From Parasitella parasitica NRRL 2501 (Eukaryota; Fungi; Mucoromycota), in NCBI GenBank assembly GCA_025201805.1, contig MU619247.1, positions 83,313 through 122,446 on the forward strand: a DNA stretch of 39,134 nucleotides, in the 5' to 3' direction. The notes beneath the pieces are model-generated. The model made no database searches and was not told the origin of the DNA. It saw only the letters and a program-made list of their open reading frames with translations. This document shows positions 36,187 through 39,134 of the stretch, piece by piece. Both the position numbers and the translations under genes were made by a program. Within the stretch, counting starts at the first letter, position 1. Each line of letters opens with the position of its first letter.

Positions 36187-39134
36187 TTTTTTTTCTTTTC
36201 TTTTAAAATGAGTTTTATTTGTTGCACGTAAAGATGGACTTACAGACCATCAGAAGCGGTGCTCAACAATGTGAAAATATGGATAAGGGTAATTATACTG
36301 AAACGGTAAAGATAAAATAAATGTAAGATAATAGAGCGAGGAGAAGAGAGAAAAAAATATAAACTGCATCTAAAACTGTGTCAATTACGCAGAAGATGAA
36401 AACAGAACATCTTCTGATTGCATTTTAAGAACTGAGTAGCGGAAGGATGAAAGGAGGGAATTGGATGTTAGAGGGGTTGCATCAAAGATAAACCACTAAT
36501 GAGCCTTCCATACTTCAGTAATGGCAATGATGAGTAGTGGTGATAGTTTGAGGGAGGATTTGTGGGGGGGAGAACCTCGATCAAGTCGAAATTAAGTGAA
36601 TACAGCGCGTCCATAATCATACGAAGGGTACAGCCTGGCCACAGGTATTCTAGAATCAATCGTTCCCAGAAATGTTGCTTTTCTTCGCAGTAAAAGAAAA
36701 AATGGGCAGTAGATTCCATCGTTGTGAGGCAAAGAGCGCAGTGGGGATCGTTGGCTGGGTTGCAATGATAGTGGAATAGCTTGGTAGGGATTTTTCCTTG
36801 TATGAGCCTGTAGATGACGTTCCGTTGTGAGTGGTTAAGAAAAAGCGCCCAAAACTGTTTCCAGAGGATAGGAGATGTGACCTGTGTAGAAGGCAAACGG
36901 CGTGTTGTAGCTTCAATAACCATCATGCGGAAGCTCCGCGTTCTGCCATGATCAAACTCGAAATTATCATCGTGTGGTTGAATGGCAAGATGTTTGCGGA
37001 AGGAAGCAAAATTCAACATGGCTTGGATATGAGAAAGATCATCCTAGTTGTAAAGATTAAGGGAAGAAGGCTCAAGACAAGCTCGAAAGAAAGGAGCAAA
37101 CAAACAGTCTGCTCTGGCTAGTGCATTGTACAGCTTCCTTGTGACAATTTTGAGATCGCGAGGTATTCAGTCGATGAGTATGGGTGTTAGAAATAGCCCA
37201 ATTACCTGCAATTCAAAAATGTCGCTGATCTTCAAGGCCTTCAGCTTGGAAGAGAGTTTGTAGTTGGCAATTGTAGACGCTGTGACAGCAGAGATTGGTA
37301 GCAAGAGGCATTCAATAGGATTGCGATCTTGAGGAGAAAATACCCGTGGAATAACATCCATTGTTCGAAAGAGCATTGTGGTGGTGGAGGTGAGAGCGCC
37401 AAACGGAGGCGTAGAACGAGCAGCTGGGAACAGCAGACCAATGTCTAGAACTTCAGTTTCCAGTTGATTCTGAATGTGAACGCGCACATAGTTTGAAATA
37501 GCGGGTGGATGTGAGTGATCAAATAGAACAGGATCTAGCCAACGGTAGTATAGAGCTTTTTGCTGTACATAAATATCGATGATGCCAAGCCCACCGCTCG
37601 GTTTTGTAGTGACCATAAGATCCCAACTGAGAACAGGTGTAATGTTGGTGTTGATGAAAGAAATGATGACTGAACGGATGTTGTTGAGGAATTCTTGAGG
37701 AACAGGTAAGACACTGAGAATATACCAACAGTTGGAGGCAATGAGCAAGTTGACAATGGTAGCACGACCATATAAGGAGATAGAACGTCTAGTGTGAAAT
37801 TCTGTGGCCAGGCGCAGATTGCGAATAAAAGTAGTGAAGAAGTATTGTCTCTCTTGAATGGATTGCACCAAAGGGTAACCAAGATATGTGATAGCTTCGG
37901 CATTGGCAGTGGTCCAGATGTGCGAAATATCAAAATTTTGTAATGATGTAAGCCAAGGGTGTGAAATATCTTGCCCTGATAAGGAGATAGCACGAGTCTT
38001 GTGAAAATTAATTTGAGCATTGGGAGCCGCACTGTAGTTGACAAGATGAACAGTGACGAACTCTAAATCTGCTGATCTATGCAGAAAGAGCAATGTATCA
38101 TCAGCGTAGCTTAGAAGTTTGATAGCCGGAAGAGAAGGAGAGTGATCTGGATACCGACGATGGAAATGAAAGCCTTGGATGCGATCATCATCAAGAATGC
38201 TTCATAACAAAGGTTCAAGACCAAAGTTATACAATATGCATGAGATTGGGTCGCCCTGCTTCAGTCCACGGAGCTTTGGTACTGTATTCGAGGATAGGTG
38301 GCCATTGACATTAAGGACAATTTGGTTGTTCTTAAAGAGAGTGTAGATGGCTGTGACTAACGTCGAAGGGAAACCAAAGTAAAGTAGAACTGTTTGTAGA
38401 TATTCTAGATTGACTCTGTCGTAAGCTTTTTGTTGGTCCAGAAGTAATCCCAACCCAAAATCTTCTGTTTGGTTACTTGCAGTATCTTCTAAGATCATCT
38501 GTGCCAGCAATCCATTTGATGCAATGTACCGACCGGGCATGAAGCCCTGTTGGTGTGGGTTGATGATAGTAGTAGCTACTGACATAATTCGGCTGTTCAG
38601 AAGTCTAGTGAAGATTTTGCTATCGCAATTAACCAGTTGAAGAGGTCGATGGTTGCCAATATGGGATGTATCACCCTTCTTGGGTAGCAATGTCATAATA
38701 CTAATGCCCCACGAGAGAGGGAATATCGTATGCTTTAATGCCTGGTTATAAATATATAATACGAGGTCTTTGGCTGCTGGGTGACGAATGAGGAAACCGA
38801 GAATTTCATAAGGAATATGGTCGCTGCCTGGTGAGGATTTAGGCGGATGCCGCTTACTAGCCTCAATAATATCCTCGAGGTCAAAAGGAGCAATCAACGA
38901 ATCCTGATCTTCCAAAGTAATACGCAGATGATCATCCCTGTTTGAAGCAATTCCAAGTAGGGCATTGGTAGCTGTATGGTTGGAAGGTGTCGGGCGGTAT
39001 AATTCTGAGTAGAACTGGTGAATCACTTCGACTTTTTCTTCATGAGTGGTGGTAAGTATCCCTTGGGAGTTGTAAAGATGAGGAGTCTCCTGCTGTGCTG
39101 AGCGTGTCAATGCCATTCGCTTGAACAAGATTTG
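36187..39134 (-). mobile_element. Decayed non-LTR retrotransposon (L1/Tx1-like ORF2: RT + zf-RVT), truncated by the window edge
   Basis: SSPGSDHIPYE, LLPKKGD...HRPLQLVNCDSKIF, QQGFMPGR, LLDQQKAYDRV, GLKQGDPIS, SYADD, YLGYP, GGLG, and zinc finger CALC...ESTAHFFFYC. In-frame TGA stops at 38202-38204 and 37167-37169. AATAAA and an A-rich tail on the minus strand at about 36187-36220. Confidence 0.92.

Overview
AT-rich, intron-containing eukaryotic DNA, most consistent with a Mucorales-type early-diverging fungus (inferred from gene content and short GT-AG introns). The six-frame ORF track fragments most genes because of splicing. Left to right: a 662-bp non-autonomous TIR element whose GC-richer core folds into a multi-domain RNA-like structure; four tightly packed minus-strand genes (dynamitin, a small RNF212/Zip3-like RING gene missing from the ORF track, RPA12, eIF2B-epsilon); a group III (NIK1/OS-1-type) hybrid histidine kinase with about 22 tandem 92-aa HAMP units; a possible solo LTR; a pyruvate-carboxylase-like protein lacking the carboxyltransferase domain; a small membrane-protein ORF; a GT10 fucosyltransferase with a C-terminal membrane anchor; a CaMK1-like kinase; a Q/H/N-rich ORF; an MtfA-like C2H2 factor; an Nma111 HtrA protease; and a decayed MULE transposase interrupted by a decayed LINE that runs off the right edge. 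All calls come from manual translation, motif recognition and hand folding; no database searches were run.
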